64,000 nucleotides of DNA from Planctomycetota bacterium (GTDB lineage: Bacteria; Planctomycetota; JAJSAM01; JAJVHW01). This document shows, in pieces, positions 37,303 to 48,464 of the stretch. Every line of letters begins with the position of its first letter. Position 1 is the first letter of the stretch. The stretch covers positions 608,001 to 672,000 of the forward strand of contig CBDFJG010000002.1 of the NCBI GenBank assembly GCA_965248445.1, written 5' to 3'. Position numbers and translations under genes: made by a program. Under the pieces are notes generated by a model. That model was given only the letters and a program-made list of their open reading frames with translations, made no database searches and had not been told where the DNA came from.

Positions 37303-40095
37303 TCAGCGCTTCTCGCGGACTTGGATGAACTTGCCGTCATTGCGTTCTGCCATGCCGCGGAGCAGCACTGGATCGATGCTGTTTCCGAACGCAATGACGT
37401 GAGTGCGCACTCGTGCGTATCGATTGAGTGCCGTGTACCACTCGAGGAGCGTGTCCGCGTCCGTCATCTCGCCGCGCGTGGGCTTGCCATCCGTCAGGAA
37501 CGTGATCGTGTCCGGGGTGCTCTTGAAGTTCGGGGAGGCGTCTACCGTCTTGCCCACGTCGAGTGCGGCGCGCAGAGCACCGTAGTAGTTCGTCTCGCCG
37601 TTGGCCGGAAGGCTGCGCAGGAAGCCCTTTGCCTTGTTGACGTTCGCAGAACTCGCGGGAATCGGGTTCTTGTTCATCGATCGAATGGTTGTGCCGAACG
37701 CGATGATGTTGAAGTGCGAGCGTGGGTCGAGTGAGAGCAGCGAATAGGCGATCTGCTCCTTGCAGATCGTGATCGAGTTCTTGGCGGCGTAGTTTCGCGG
37801 GTTGCCCTTCTCGTCGTTGCCGAGGACACGGACGGCTTCGGAATCCGGATCGAATCGCTGCGCCATCGAGCCGGATGTGTCGATGACGTATCCGAGTCGC
37901 GCCGAGTAGATCTCGATGCCGTAGTACTCGGGCCGCGCGTAGCGGTCGTCGGGATCCGGGCCGCTCTCCCCGGGCTTTCCGTCGCCGGTCGGTTCGTCGG
38001 GCCGTTTGGGCATGCCGCCTGGCGCGTTGGATTTCTCGCGGTCCCACCACTCGCGCCAGAACTTCGGATCGCGGCCGAGGTCGTCGCGCGTGATCTCCTT
38101 CAGCGCGCCGTAGAGGTCGCCGCGCACGCGTCCGGACTCGACTTCCATGCGGGAGATCAGATCCTCGACCGCCTCCATGCTGCCGATCTTGCCGAGGGCC
38201 TGGCACGCGGTTACCCGCAGTTGCCACTGCGGTGACTTCAGGTGTTTCACGATCAGCGGGACGGCCATATGGGCCTCCTCGCCGAACATCGCCAGGGCGT
38301 CCATCGCGGCGACGCGCGCCTTCTCGGCGGGATCCTTGATCATGGTGCGGAGCGCGGACATCGACTCCGCGTCCTGCATCCGGCCGATGGCGACCGCGGC
38401 CTCCGAGCGGGCGTACCAGTTCTTGTCTTCGAGTTGCTCGCGCAGTTTTGGGAGCGCGTACTCAAGCTGTTGGCGGCCGCAGATGCGCGCGATGTACGCG
38501 CGCGACATCGCGTTCTTGTGTCCGAGGCCGTACGGCCACATCGCTTCCTGGACTTCTGTGTCTTTGACCTTGAGGAGCGTGATGACGATCGTCTCGCGCA
38601 CGAGTTCGCTGTTGATCTTGAGCAGATCGATCACGACCCGGACCGTCCGCTCGTCGGTGACCGTGCCGAGGCCGCGGACGAGTGCCGCCAGCTTGGCGGG
38701 TTCCCGCTGGGCCTTTAGCTTGCGCCGTTCGCGGGCGCCGGGCGTGTCGTTGCCCTCGAAGTCGTCCTCGACGAGCCCTGGGGCGAGGCTCTTGCGCCTG
38801 CCGAGGAGGCGGTTTTCCCAGCGCTCGTGGAAGATCTCCGGAGTGCAGTTCAGGTGCTGCATGAAGGTGTCGCGCGGCGCCTTCTCTCGGCGCAGGTCAG
38901 CCAGTACGCGCACCCACTCTTGGCGCCATTCCCGCAGCGCAAGGTGCATGTAGCTCCATGAACGCTTGTGGTCGTTGAGTTGCAACTGCCCGGACGCGGA
39001 CTTGCCGAATAACTCCTCGATGGGCGCGTACTTGCCGCTTTTCGCGCGCTTGGCGCAATCCCTCTCCCAGTCGTCGCCGCTGTCCGTCAGGGCCGCTGTC
39101 TCGTTGCCGCAGAAAGTGGCGTCGTCGCGGAAGCGGCTCTGCAGCCTGCTGAGCCAGTGAGCCACTCCCACGAAGAGCCACGGAGGTAGCGCTCGGCTGT
39201 TCGGATCGGTCACTACCCAGCTGGCGATGAGCAAGTGGCCGATCATGTGGCGGACGGCCATGTGGATCCGGTGATCGTCGTTGCCGCGCTTTTGCAGATC
39301 CTCGCAGAACACGCCACCGCCGCCGCCGTAGCGGAGGTTGGTCTTCGGGGAGCCAAGGTACTCCGCCTGGACCCTTGTCGCGGCGCGCGGCTTGGCCGGG
39401 AGGTACATGCGCAGCCGACTGTTGACCTGCAGCCCACTCCCGAAGTGGTCGATGAACTCGCGGCGCGCGTACTCGGCGCGCTCCACCATCAGGTGCGCCC
39501 ACTCGTGCGGACTGGCGATGCGGTAGCTGCCGCCGCCCTTCTTCTTCACCTTGAGGGGCTTGGGATCAGTGCAGATGTAGAAGTTCTTGTTGAACGCGAC
39601 GATCACCTTCTTGGGCTTCTTGAAGAACTTCTGCTCCCGCGCCAGGTGTTCGCGGACCTTCTGCTTGTTGGCGTCGCTGAAGTGGTTCTCGCCGCCTTCC
39701 CCGCAGTCGGGACAGTTCGCCGCGCCCTTGTTGGGGCAGCAGTCGTCGTCCTCGACGCACTCACTGCACGTGATGCCCCACGCGACGGCGTGCCGCTTCA
39801 AGTAACAGCCCATGCGCGAGCTGGTGAAGCAGGTCGCGGCCATGTTCTCGGGCACCGTGCGGCCGTCGTGCTCGCTGAACGTGCGGCACTTGTGGCACCA
39901 GCACGGATCCTCGGTGGCGCCCTTGGGGTTGCGCAGGAAGTGCTGGCAGGCGCCGTACGCGCCGTCTTCGCAGAGGCACTCCTTGTTGCGCTCCTCCTTG
40001 GGCTCGTCGTCCGCGTGGGACGATGCCGGAGCCAGGAGGAACAGGCAGGCCGCCGCCGTCAGCGTCAGGAGCGCGCGGCGGAGCTGGCGTCGCAT
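37303..40095 (-). CDS. Secreted protein: Cys-rich domain, zincin-like domain, HEAT repeats, C-terminal VWA domain
   Basis: Signal peptide; MIDAS motif VIDTSGSM...GETN...FLTDG; HEAT repeats (WQLRVTACQALG). Confidence 0.85.
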   Translation of the reverse strand: MRRQLRRALLTLTAAACLFLLAPASSHADDEPKEERNKECLCEDGAYGACQHFLRNPKGATEDPCWCHKCRTFSEHDGRTVPENMAATCFTSSRMGCYLKRHAVAWGITCSECVEDDDCCPNKGAANCPDCGEGGENHFSDANKQKVREHLAREQKFFKKPKKVIVAFNKNFYICTDPKPLKVKKKGGGSYRIASPHEWAHLMVERAEYARREFIDHFGSGLQVNSRLRMYLPAKPRAATRVQAEYLGSPKTNLRYGGGGGVFCEDLQKRGNDDHRIHMAVRHMIGHLLIASWVVTDPNSRALPPWLFVGVAHWLSRLQSRFRDDATFCGNETAALTDSGDDWERDCAKRAKSGKYAPIEELFGKSASGQLQLNDHKRSWSYMHLALREWRQEWVRVLADLRREKAPRDTFMQHLNCTPEIFHERWENRLLGRRKSLAPGLVEDDFEGNDTPGARERRKLKAQREPAKLAALVRGLGTVTDERTVRVVIDLLKINSELVRETIVITLLKVKDTEVQEAMWPYGLGHKNAMSRAYIARICGRQQLEYALPKLREQLEDKNWYARSEAAVAIGRMQDAESMSALRTMIKDPAEKARVAAMDALAMFGEEAHMAVPLIVKHLKSPQWQLRVTACQALGKIGSMEAVEDLISRMEVESGRVRGDLYGALKEITRDDLGRDPKFWREWWDREKSNAPGGMPKRPDEPTGDGKPGESGPDPDDRYARPEYYGIEIYSARLGYVIDTSGSMAQRFDPDSEAVRVLGNDEKGNPRNYAAKNSITICKEQIAYSLLSLDPRSHFNIIAFGTTIRSMNKNPIPASSANVNKAKGFLRSLPANGETNYYGALRAALDVGKTVDASPNFKSTPDTITFLTDGKPTRGEMTDADTLLEWYTALNRYARVRTHVIAFGNSIDPVLLRGMAERNDGKFIQVREKR

Positions 40096-40214
40096 CAAGA
40101 GATGATCCTCCGAGAGGCACGCGCCGTCAAAGCACGCGCGATGGACCCCGCTGTCCCGCCTCTACCTGACGCTGGCCGCGTCATCTGCGTTCCGCGCGCA
40201 GCCCGCCTCGCGGG

Positions 40215-40406
40215 TCAGACGCCGTACCGCTTCCGGGCCGCGTCGAGGCGGCTGATCTGGGTGGAGGACGACCGCGTGCGGTGCGCCTTGCACGTCAGCG
40301 TGTCCTTCTCGGTGGGCTCGCCGCAGGGGCGCCCCTCGAGGTTGTCGTAGACGGGGCAGGGGATGCTGTCGTCATCCTCGGGTTCGACCGTTTCGGGCTC
40401 CGCCAT
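40215..40406 (-). CDS. Small hypothetical protein with a C-x10-C-x10-C-x2-H putative Zn-binding motif
   Basis: 63 aa, ATG start, host-like codon usage. Confidence 0.55.
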   Translation of the reverse strand: MAEPETVEPEDDDSIPCPVYDNLEGRPCGEPTEKDTLTCKAHRTRSSSTQISRLDAARKRYGV

Positions 40407-40565
40407 GGATCGAGACTAGCACACCTCGGGAGGCGGGCTCCCCGCGCCGGTCCCGCGCCCTCCTGCGGTCCTCTTGGCTCCCTCCGGGGGGCGCTGGTAG
40501 GTTGCGCGGCCCGCAGGCGGGAGGGGCCGGATCGGCGACCAACCCCTGCGGGCGACCGACCGCGC

Positions 40566-40657
40566 GGAGAGATGGCTGAGTGGTCGAAAGCGCCGCATTG
40601 CTAATGCGGTGTGCCGGTCAAACGGCACCTCGGGTTCGAATCCCGATCTCTCCGCCA
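40566..40657 (+). tRNA. tRNA-Ser (anticodon GCT)
   Basis: GGAGAGA/TCTCTCC acceptor stem, CCGCA-TTGCTAA-TGCGG anticodon arm, long variable arm, GTTCGAATC, encoded CCA. Confidence 0.96.
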
Positions 40658-41058
40658 TCGGGCCGCCGGGACGGCGGCGGCCCGATCGGCTACGCGATGG
40701 TGGGATCCGACCACATCGTCTCGTCGGGACTCGTATGGCTCTCAACGTCGGCAGCGGGAGGCCGCCAGGCGGGCGACGCGAGATACAGAAATCGTCGTTA
40801 GCCGCAGGAGGCTGCCAACCGGCCCGCGGGATCCGCGCTCTGACCGCCCGAACTTCCCACATTGAGATGCTCCGAGCGGCGGAGGGCGTCTCGATCTGAG
40901 AGACGGCCCGCGATGGTCGACGGCAGGAGGCGGGCGGGACGCGCGATGTGTCCCCGCCGACCCCTGCGGTGGCTAAGGCCACCCCGTACCCGCTACCGAT
41001 CGACGGGGGGCAGACCGGACTGCGCAGACTCCGTAGTCAATTCCGAAGAACGGACCTC

Positions 41059-42274
41059 ATGAAGAGACAAGAGCATCTGAAGTCAACTCGTGGGTCCACG
41101 CTGGTGTGGGCACTGCTCGCGAGGATCATCGTGAGTGGGCTCATCCTGAGCACCACGGTGTCGCTGCAGGCCAACAGCCGGCAGGTCGAGACGCGGTTCC
41201 GCTCCGAAGCGCAGTCGCTCGACGTTGCCCGGGCGGGCGTGATCGATGCGTACGCGTGGTTCCGGCGCCAGCCGACGCAGCCGGCATCGACCTTCGCACC
41301 GGCGCTCGACCTGAGCGCGATGCCGCCCGTCAACGAGACGGACGACGCCTCGATCGGTCTCGTGCGCGAGTTCGAGATCGCCAGCGGGTACTGGGCGCGA
41401 TACGAGGTGCGGAAGTACGTGGACCTCGATGCGGACAGCCGAAAGGACCCGGGCGAGGGCGTCTACGACCTCTCCCAGCGCCGCGGACTGATCGGCGCCG
41501 GCATCGCATGGCACATCGAGTCGTTCGGGACGATCTACCGCCGGCTGGATGACACCGTCGTGCTCTCGGCGGAGCCCAATTACAAGATCGCCAGCGCGCA
41601 GGTGTCCGCCGAGATCCGGCAGCTCGCCGTGATCCTGCCGGGATCGGCTCCGATCCTGTGCCGCAACGGAAGCGATGTGACGCTCGAGAACCGCTCGCGG
41701 CTGATCGCACCCGGCGCGACCGGGATCGTCACACCCTCGAGCACCGGCAACCCAAGCACCGGCAATTGCGAGATGACGGTGGGTCAGACACACAGTGGCG
41801 TGCCCGGCTACGACGACTCGTGGAACGCGGTGTTCGGCGCCAAGCCCGAAGAGCTGATGGAGATGGCGACTGTGCGGCTGACGGCGGGCGAGACGCTGCC
41901 GGATCTGCCCGAGTTCGCGATGGTCTACGTCACCGGCGACCTGACGGTCGACTCCGCCGCGCCGCTCCTGGGCGTCGGACTCCTGATCGTGGACGGCGAC
42001 CTGACGATCGAGGCCGGTAGTAAACTCCTACTTCACCGGCGTCATCTACGTGACGAGCGACTACGAGCAGCGCGCGCCGTCGCTGATGCGCGGCGCGATC
42101 ATCTGCCAGGGCAAGGTCGACGTGCGCGGCGCCGGCGACGTCGCCGAGGTGGTCTGGGATGACCAGGCCGCAACGATCGTGAACTCGAACGTCGGTCCCT
42201 ACCGGCTGTCCAGAGGGCTCCGCCGCCTCGACACCAGCGGCGTCGGTGGTCTCTACCTGCCGGAGGATGAGTAG
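41059..42274 (+). CDS. PilX/GspK-like prepilin-type protein (frameshift near 42023)
   Basis: Class III-like leader KSTRG|STLVWALL lacking Glu5; C-terminal YVTGDLTV..GLLIVDGDL repeats; removing one A at 42022-42024 restores SNSYFTGVIYVTSD through to the stop at 42274. Confidence 0.65.
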
Positions 42275-44917
42275 TGAGCATCAAGACTCTCAAGCGGTTG
42301 TTCCGCGGACGACGTGAAGCGGGAGTCTCGCTTCTGGACGTCGTCATCGGGACGTCGATCCTCTCGGTCGTGGGGCTCATGCTCGCGCTGCACCTCAGCA
42401 CGTCGCAGAACCACGTCAAGCTCAACAGGGACCGCGTCTTCGCGTTCGCGAAGGCGCAGGCCATGCTCGAGGAGCTGCGCGCCGCCTCGGAGTCCGCGGG
42501 CCTCGAGGACGCGAGCGACCTCGACAAGTACGACGACGGTACGAAGCACTACTTCACTCTGACGATCGAGGACGGTGACAACGGCGCGAGGATGCTCGCG
42601 CCCGATCACCCGACCAGTGGGAACCGCATGCAGGGCGGACAGTGGCGCTACGCCCGCCGCGTGACGGTCAAGTCGTTCCCCGGCATCGACACCCGCGATC
42701 TGCGCATCGCGACGGTGCAGATCTTCAAGTACGACCAGGACAACAAGCCCGGTCCGGAGCTCGCGACCGCCACGACCGTCGTGCGCACCTTCGGCGATGC
42801 ATTCCCGCCCGCGCAGGTCTTCGACGTCTACGTGCTCGCGCTCGAGAACGTGCCAGGCTGGTGGGTCAACCTCGGCAGCCTGCGTCCGTTCGTCGAGTCG
42901 TCGCTGCGCGACGTCATGGTCCGCAACCCGGGCCTCGAGCTGCGCACTCACTGGATCACGAAGCTCTCCTACGGCCGCAACGAGCAGTACACCCCGTACT
43001 TCAACCAGGCGAACGACTCCGAGGCCGCCACGCCCTTCGTCTACTTCTACCCCGGCAAGATGCCGTCCGGTTCGTCGACGGAGCACTACTACGTCCCGGA
43101 GCGCGTGCAGGCACGCGCGAACGTCGACGGTCTGATCAAGAACTCGTTCGACGCGACCAAGAACAAGTGGCCGTATGCCCTCGCAGATCAGTTCAACCAC
43201 TGCATGCGGCTGGCGGATGAGCAGGCGCTCTTCACCAAGCGTGTTGCCAACAAGACGGAAGCGAACACGGAGCCGACCTGGCGCCTGCTTCTGGAGGACA
43301 TGAACAGCTCGCCGGACAAGTACCGGAACGCAATCGTCGTCAACCTGCACGGCGAGTTGCTGCCGATGCCGCCACTGCGCAACTACAGCGACCCGGCCAA
43401 GTCGCCTATCTTCGAGCCCGACGTCCGCGTCGTGACGCACCCGGAGAAGCTCCGCTTCACCCGCGACGCCGGCACGCCGTCGAACAGCGACGACGTTCGC
43501 CTGCGCGTGTACTCGTACAAGAACGACCCGAACGCGGGCGCCGCCGTGCTCGACAAGCCGATCGTCATCGAGATCCCGGGCATGGACCTCACCGGGAACA
43601 TCAACGGGACCGGCTCGGGCGCGACCACGCTCACCGTGCAGACGATCAAGGGCGGCGTGGACCTCAGCCCGCTCGACGGGACGAGGGACGAGTACCTGGC
43701 GCCCATGACGGTGCCGGTCGTGCTGAACGGCGTGGACTTCAGTCCCACATACCCGAACGAGCCATACCTGCGCTCACGCTACGCCAGTGGCAGGAACACG
43801 ACCGTGCTCGAACTGCACCACTCGCCGCTCGGGACGCCCCGCGTGGCGAGTTCGAAGGGCCTGACTTCGAACGCCCGCCTCTACGGGCTCGAGTACATCC
43901 CCTGCAGCACGGAGTCGGCGAACAACTTCTCGCGCAACCTCGCGAGCACCGGCGACACGCCCAAGAACACCGCACGCTGGATCATCACGATCCCGAAGGC
44001 GGAGCTCGGCACCACGGACAAGTCGCTCAAGTGCGTGACGCGGATCGGTTCTGGCAACGGGTGGAGACATCAAGGCAGACAACGCGGCCTTCAAGACAGG
44101 CAAGATGTACCCGCCGGGCGCGCGCCGCGAGCCGGACAACATCTCGAACTCCTACTTCTGGTGGGCGACGAGCCCGGAGGTCGTCCCGGCGACGGAGCGG
44201 TATCAGTTCATCGGCGACCCGCGGCACTGCCCGTACGCCGATCTCAAGTCGGGCGGGAGCTCATTCCCCAACGGCTACAACTGGTATCACGACAACTTCC
44301 GCGACTCGAGCGACAACCGTCACGCATGGTGGCCGGGCTTCGACCGCGACCGCATCCGCAACCTGGCGGGCCAGGACGAGGACGGCTGGAAGAGGCGCCT
44401 CGAGATCGACGCGCCGCGTCTGTTCCAGGTGCTGCGCACCGGACTGACGCGCGCGGAGACGCTCTACACCTCGATGACCGGCTTCTCCTACTACTACATG
44501 GGGATCGGCAACGAGATCGGCTACGACTCCGCGAACGGCTACTCGAGCAGCATTCCGGTCGACGGTGCGCCCTGGGGCGCCCCGGGCAGTAACGGTCACG
44601 AACAGTCCATCACGGGCAGCGGTGGCAGCTGGGGCGCCGGAGTCAAGCTGATCCGCGAGTCCACCGGTTCGAACTACTGGTGGGGCATGCCGTGGCTGGG
44701 TGAGCTGTACCCGGACAGCGCGTACGACGCGCACTTCCGCGTCCCGAAGCACGAGTACTCGGACACGCTCCCCTTGCCGACCACTCTGCCGAAGCTGCGC
44801 GGGAACCTGCCCGCCGGCTCCGCTTCAGGCGAGTTCAAGCGGGACGCCCGCCAGGACATCACCGTCAATCTGCCCAGCGGCACGACGTTCCGGAAGATGG
44901 AGCGGCGCACCGCAGCC

Positions 44918-46449
44918 GTACCCGTTCAGCCCTTGGTTCTGAGCTCGGATCCAGATCGCTTTCCGTTCGGTCGATGAATCGGATGTGGGCACCGATGAGC
45001 TGCGTGATCTGGTCGAGCGCCTGACCCGTCGTCTGGACGCTCGGGACGAGACGATTGCCGAGCAGGCGGAGGTGATCGAGCGGCAGGCGGCACGGATCGA
45101 CGATCTCGAGAGCCGTCTTCGCCGGGACTCCCGCACCTCCTCGCGCCCACCGTCCTCGGATCCGTCGTGGTCCAAGAAGCGGCGGCGGCGCAAGCCGCCG
45201 TCGGACAAGCGCCAGGGTGCGCAGCCCGGCCACAAAGGGGCGACGCGCAAGCTCGTGGACGAGTCCGAGGTCGATGGCGTAGAGGACCACCGCCCGCGCG
45301 AGTGCAGCGCGTGTGGGAGCGACGTGCTCGTCCCGATCGATCGCGCCCCGACACGCCAGCAGGTCTTCGAGGTCCCGCCACGGCTGATCCAGGTGACCGA
45401 GCACCGGTTGCACCGGGCACGGTGCACGGACTGTGGCGCCACGTCCACTGCCTCGCTGCCAAGCGGTGTGACGGCGAGTCCCTTCGGCCCGCGACTCTGT
45501 GCGCTCACCGCGGCTCTGGTCGGCGTCTTCCGCCTGTCGCGGCGCGAGACCAGTCGTCTGTTGCGTGACGTCATCGGCGTCTCGATGTCACCGGGCACGG
45601 TCAGTGCGATCGAGGAGCGGGTGTCGGGAGCCATCTCCTCAGCGCACATCGAGGCCCTCGGGGCCGTACGCACGAGCAGCGTCGCCTATGTAGACGAGAC
45701 ACCGTGGTCGCGTCGTGGCACGCTGCATTGGCTGTGGAGCGCGGTCTGTGAGCACGCCACGGTCCATCGTATCGATCGGCGCAGGAGCGCCAAGGCCATG
45801 CGGCGACTCGTGGGCAAGCGCTTCAGGGGCGTCCTCGTGACCGACCGTATGGGCGCTTACGACCAGCATCCCACCGAGCGCCGCCAGATCTGCTGGGCGC
45901 ATCTCGAGAGGGACTTTCGAGCGCTGGCCGAGGGCTCGCGCGGCGGCCGGCGCTTCGGCAAGCAGGCCGTGCGTCTCGCCCAGGCTGTCATGCGAGCTCA
46001 GCGTCACTTCGGCGAGCACGGGGACCGCGACCGCATGCGGCGTGAGCTGCGTCTCACATGGGACCGACTCCTGACGCTGCTCGTGCGCGGCGCAGACAGC
46101 AAGCACCGCCGAGTACGCGGAACGACTCGGCATCTGCTCGACCGAGCGGAGGCTCTGTGGACCTTCGCCGACGTCCCTGGCGTCTCCCCGACGAACAACG
46201 CCGCTGAGCGCGCGGTGCGCAAGCCGGTCCTGTGGAGACGCGCAACGCACGGAAGTCAGAGCGAGCGCGGACTCCGCTTCGTCGAGCGCATCCTGACCGT
46301 CACCGCCACGCTCCGCCAGCGTGGCGAGAGCGTCTTCGATTACCTCGCAGACGTCAGCGCGGCACTCGCGCACAACCGCTCGCCGCCGGCTCTCGTCGCG
46401 CTCCCGATCACGCGCTGAGGCCGCGGATCGTCATACCCTGAACGGGTAC
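44918..46449 (+). mobile_element. Complete IS66-family element (single ORF, ISBst12-like), 1532 bp
   Basis: Perfect 12-bp IRs GTACCCGTTCAG / CTGAACGGGTAC; 8-bp TSD CCGCAGCC at 44910-44917 and 46450-46457. Confidence 0.95.
44985..46418 (+). CDS. IS66 family transposase
   Basis: SSRPPSSD, GAQPGHKG, Zn ribbon CSAC/CTDC, VDET, VTDR, QICWAHLER, PTNNAAER. Confidence 0.95.
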   Translation: MGTDELRDLVERLTRRLDARDETIAEQAEVIERQAARIDDLESRLRRDSRTSSRPPSSDPSWSKKRRRRKPPSDKRQGAQPGHKGATRKLVDESEVDGVEDHRPRECSACGSDVLVPIDRAPTRQQVFEVPPRLIQVTEHRLHRARCTDCGATSTASLPSGVTASPFGPRLCALTAALVGVFRLSRRETSRLLRDVIGVSMSPGTVSAIEERVSGAISSAHIEALGAVRTSSVAYVDETPWSRRGTLHWLWSAVCEHATVHRIDRRRSAKAMRRLVGKRFRGVLVTDRMGAYDQHPTERRQICWAHLERDFRALAEGSRGGRRFGKQAVRLAQAVMRAQRHFGEHGDRDRMRRELRLTWDRLLTLLVRGADSKHRRVRGTTRHLLDRAEALWTFADVPGVSPTNNAAERAVRKPVLWRRATHGSQSERGLRFVERILTVTATLRQRGESVFDYLADVSAALAHNRSPPALVALPITR

Positions 46450-47328
46450 CCGCAGCCGAGGGTTGCACGTCGTTCTTCAACACAGGGACGTCGTCGTCGA
46501 CGTTCCACCATCGCTTCAGGTCCGGCCAGTACGGGAACCTCAGCGGGCTCGGCACGGAGGTCGCGCAGGACTACCGCTTCCCGCTGCCCTCGCGGACCAA
46601 GATCAGCCGCCCGTTCGCGCCCGACGCCAACGGTGATGGCGGCCTCGGTAACGAGTTCGGCTTCAGCACGGACTATCCGAAGTTCACCGTCACGCAGCGC
46701 GACGTCTACTACGACCACGAGTCCGCCGGCACGGGCTCGGCGCTCCTCGAGGTGAAGGAGCCCGGGACGACCAACACGGCGTACCAGCTCGTGCACGGCA
46801 TCGACCGTACGCTCGAGTCGGGCTCGTCGTTCATTGCGCGCTACTCGATCGTGACCCTGATCCACGGGTTCATGCGAGCAGGCGATCCGGCCAAGGCCGA
46901 TCCTCTGAAACTACCCCCACGTGTCGAGATGCTCGGTCCGACGGCCGTGACCAACTTGGACGACCCCAGGGACATCTGGATCACTTGGAACTCCGCCTGG
47001 CAGCGCTGGGACGGGCAGGCGTACTCGCGCACACAGAGCGCGCCCTTGCCGGACACGGAGGCGGACATCGAGTACCGGCTGATCTACAGCGCCGACAACG
47101 GCCAGACGTGGCGGCACTGCAAGAACCGCACTCTCGCCACTCCCGGCGTTCGCGCGACGAACCCGGTTCTGTATCTCGACGACTTGGTGACGAACGGTGG
47201 AGGTGGCGCGTTCGCGCCGACCGGTACCCGCGCGGCTCGTACCTCCTCCGAGTGGAGTGCTACCGCAAGAACTCGGCACTCCACATGTCCTACCACCAAG
47301 AAAAGATCTTCATCGATCGGTGAGCACC

Positions 47329-48300
47329 ATGCGTCGTAACCCCAAACAGTCCGGTATCACGCTGCTCGAAGTCATCATCGCTTCGACGCTGACCGCCATG
47401 ATCACACTGGGCCTCGCGAAGGCCGTGGACAGTGGCGTCGCCCTGAACGAGCGCATTCTCAACGACGATCGCGGTGCGGAGCGCGAGCAGCGACTGCTCG
47501 GCGAAATCCGCCACGCTTCCTTCGGCGCTCTGCGTGTGTACGGCGACTCGCCGGTCGGGACGACTCTCTTCGCCGCTCTGGAGAACTCGGGGCTCCCGCC
47601 GCTGGCGGGAACGCAGCTGCCGGTGCCTGATCGCACGGGGACACTGCGCCCGGACGCGGCGGGCGACCGCAAGGTCGGCAACGCCTTGTTCTTCCTCGTC
47701 GAGGAACGCCCGCTCGACATCGAGAACGGCGGCTTCTCGTTCCGAGTCGACCGCGTTCGCTTCGTGGCGTTCTACCTCACGGAGCGCACCGACGCCCTTA
47801 CGGCAGGCGACGTGACCGCGCGCCTCGATCTCGTTCGCTGGATCAGCCGGCCGTACGTCACCAAGCGCAGCATCGAGCGGGTCCCCGCCGGAACCACGCG
47901 GACGTACGTGTGCACACAGCTCCACGGTCGCGGGTATCGGCGTACGTTCACGCCGGATGTGCTGCGCAACCAGGCGTTCCACCGGATCACTGCGGGCGGC
48001 GCCGTCACCAGCTCTCCAGTCGTCGATCCCGTGATCGCAGAGTCAACGCGCGTGCCGGCACGCGCGCTCTTCGCCAAGCAGTCCATCAGCGTCGCGCCCA
48101 ACAAGCCCCGGCTGAACGTCCCCAAGTTCACCTTCCTCGATCCGACGAAGCCCAAGTTCCCGAGTGGCTTCGAGGTCAAGATCGTGGGCCCCTTCGCGGC
48201 CAGCCGCGTGGGCGTGCGGCTCACGGCTCTGAATGGCCGGCGTGGCCACGACGCGAGCGTCATCGACGTGACGCGGATCTTCACGATCGGCGCGCGCTGA
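47329..48300 (+). CDS. Prepilin-type N-terminal cleavage/methylation protein (PilW/GspJ-like)
   Basis: MRRNPKQSG|ITLLEVIIA, canonical Glu5 class III signal. Confidence 0.85.
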   Translation: MRRNPKQSGITLLEVIIASTLTAMITLGLAKAVDSGVALNERILNDDRGAEREQRLLGEIRHASFGALRVYGDSPVGTTLFAALENSGLPPLAGTQLPVPDRTGTLRPDAAGDRKVGNALFFLVEERPLDIENGGFSFRVDRVRFVAFYLTERTDALTAGDVTARLDLVRWISRPYVTKRSIERVPAGTTRTYVCTQLHGRGYRRTFTPDVLRNQAFHRITAGGAVTSSPVVDPVIAESTRVPARALFAKQSISVAPNKPRLNVPKFTFLDPTKPKFPSGFEVKIVGPFAASRVGVRLTALNGRRGHDASVIDVTRIFTIGAR

Positions 48301-48464
48301 TCGTCTCCCTCTGACGAGAGTCACGTCGCCGTGACGCAACCGACACCGCTCGGTGAGCGGAGCGCGACGGGACGGGGACCGGGATCGCTCAATGTGCCCG
48401 TGGCGGGCGCCCGCCGGGCCGGGAGTACCGGTTCGGAGTTCCAGCCCTCGGACGTGGGCGTCCG

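Larger units (their letters stand above)
42274..47323 (+). pseudogene. Giant prepilin-type protein (~1170 aa reconstructed), disrupted by IS66 and two frameshifts
   Basis: Leader RREAG|VSLLDVVIG; extra G near 44060; removing the IS and one TSD gives in-frame MERRTAAEGCTSFFN; second shift near 47190 leads to GSYLLRVECYR...IFIDR*. Confidence 0.75.

Noticed and set aside
39690..39990. Multiheme cytochrome c motifs
   Set aside because: None of the Cys pairs forms CxxCH
40566..48300. Integrative element or prophage at tRNA-Ser(GCT)
   Set aside because: No integrase, phage genes or duplicated tRNA 3' end seen within the window
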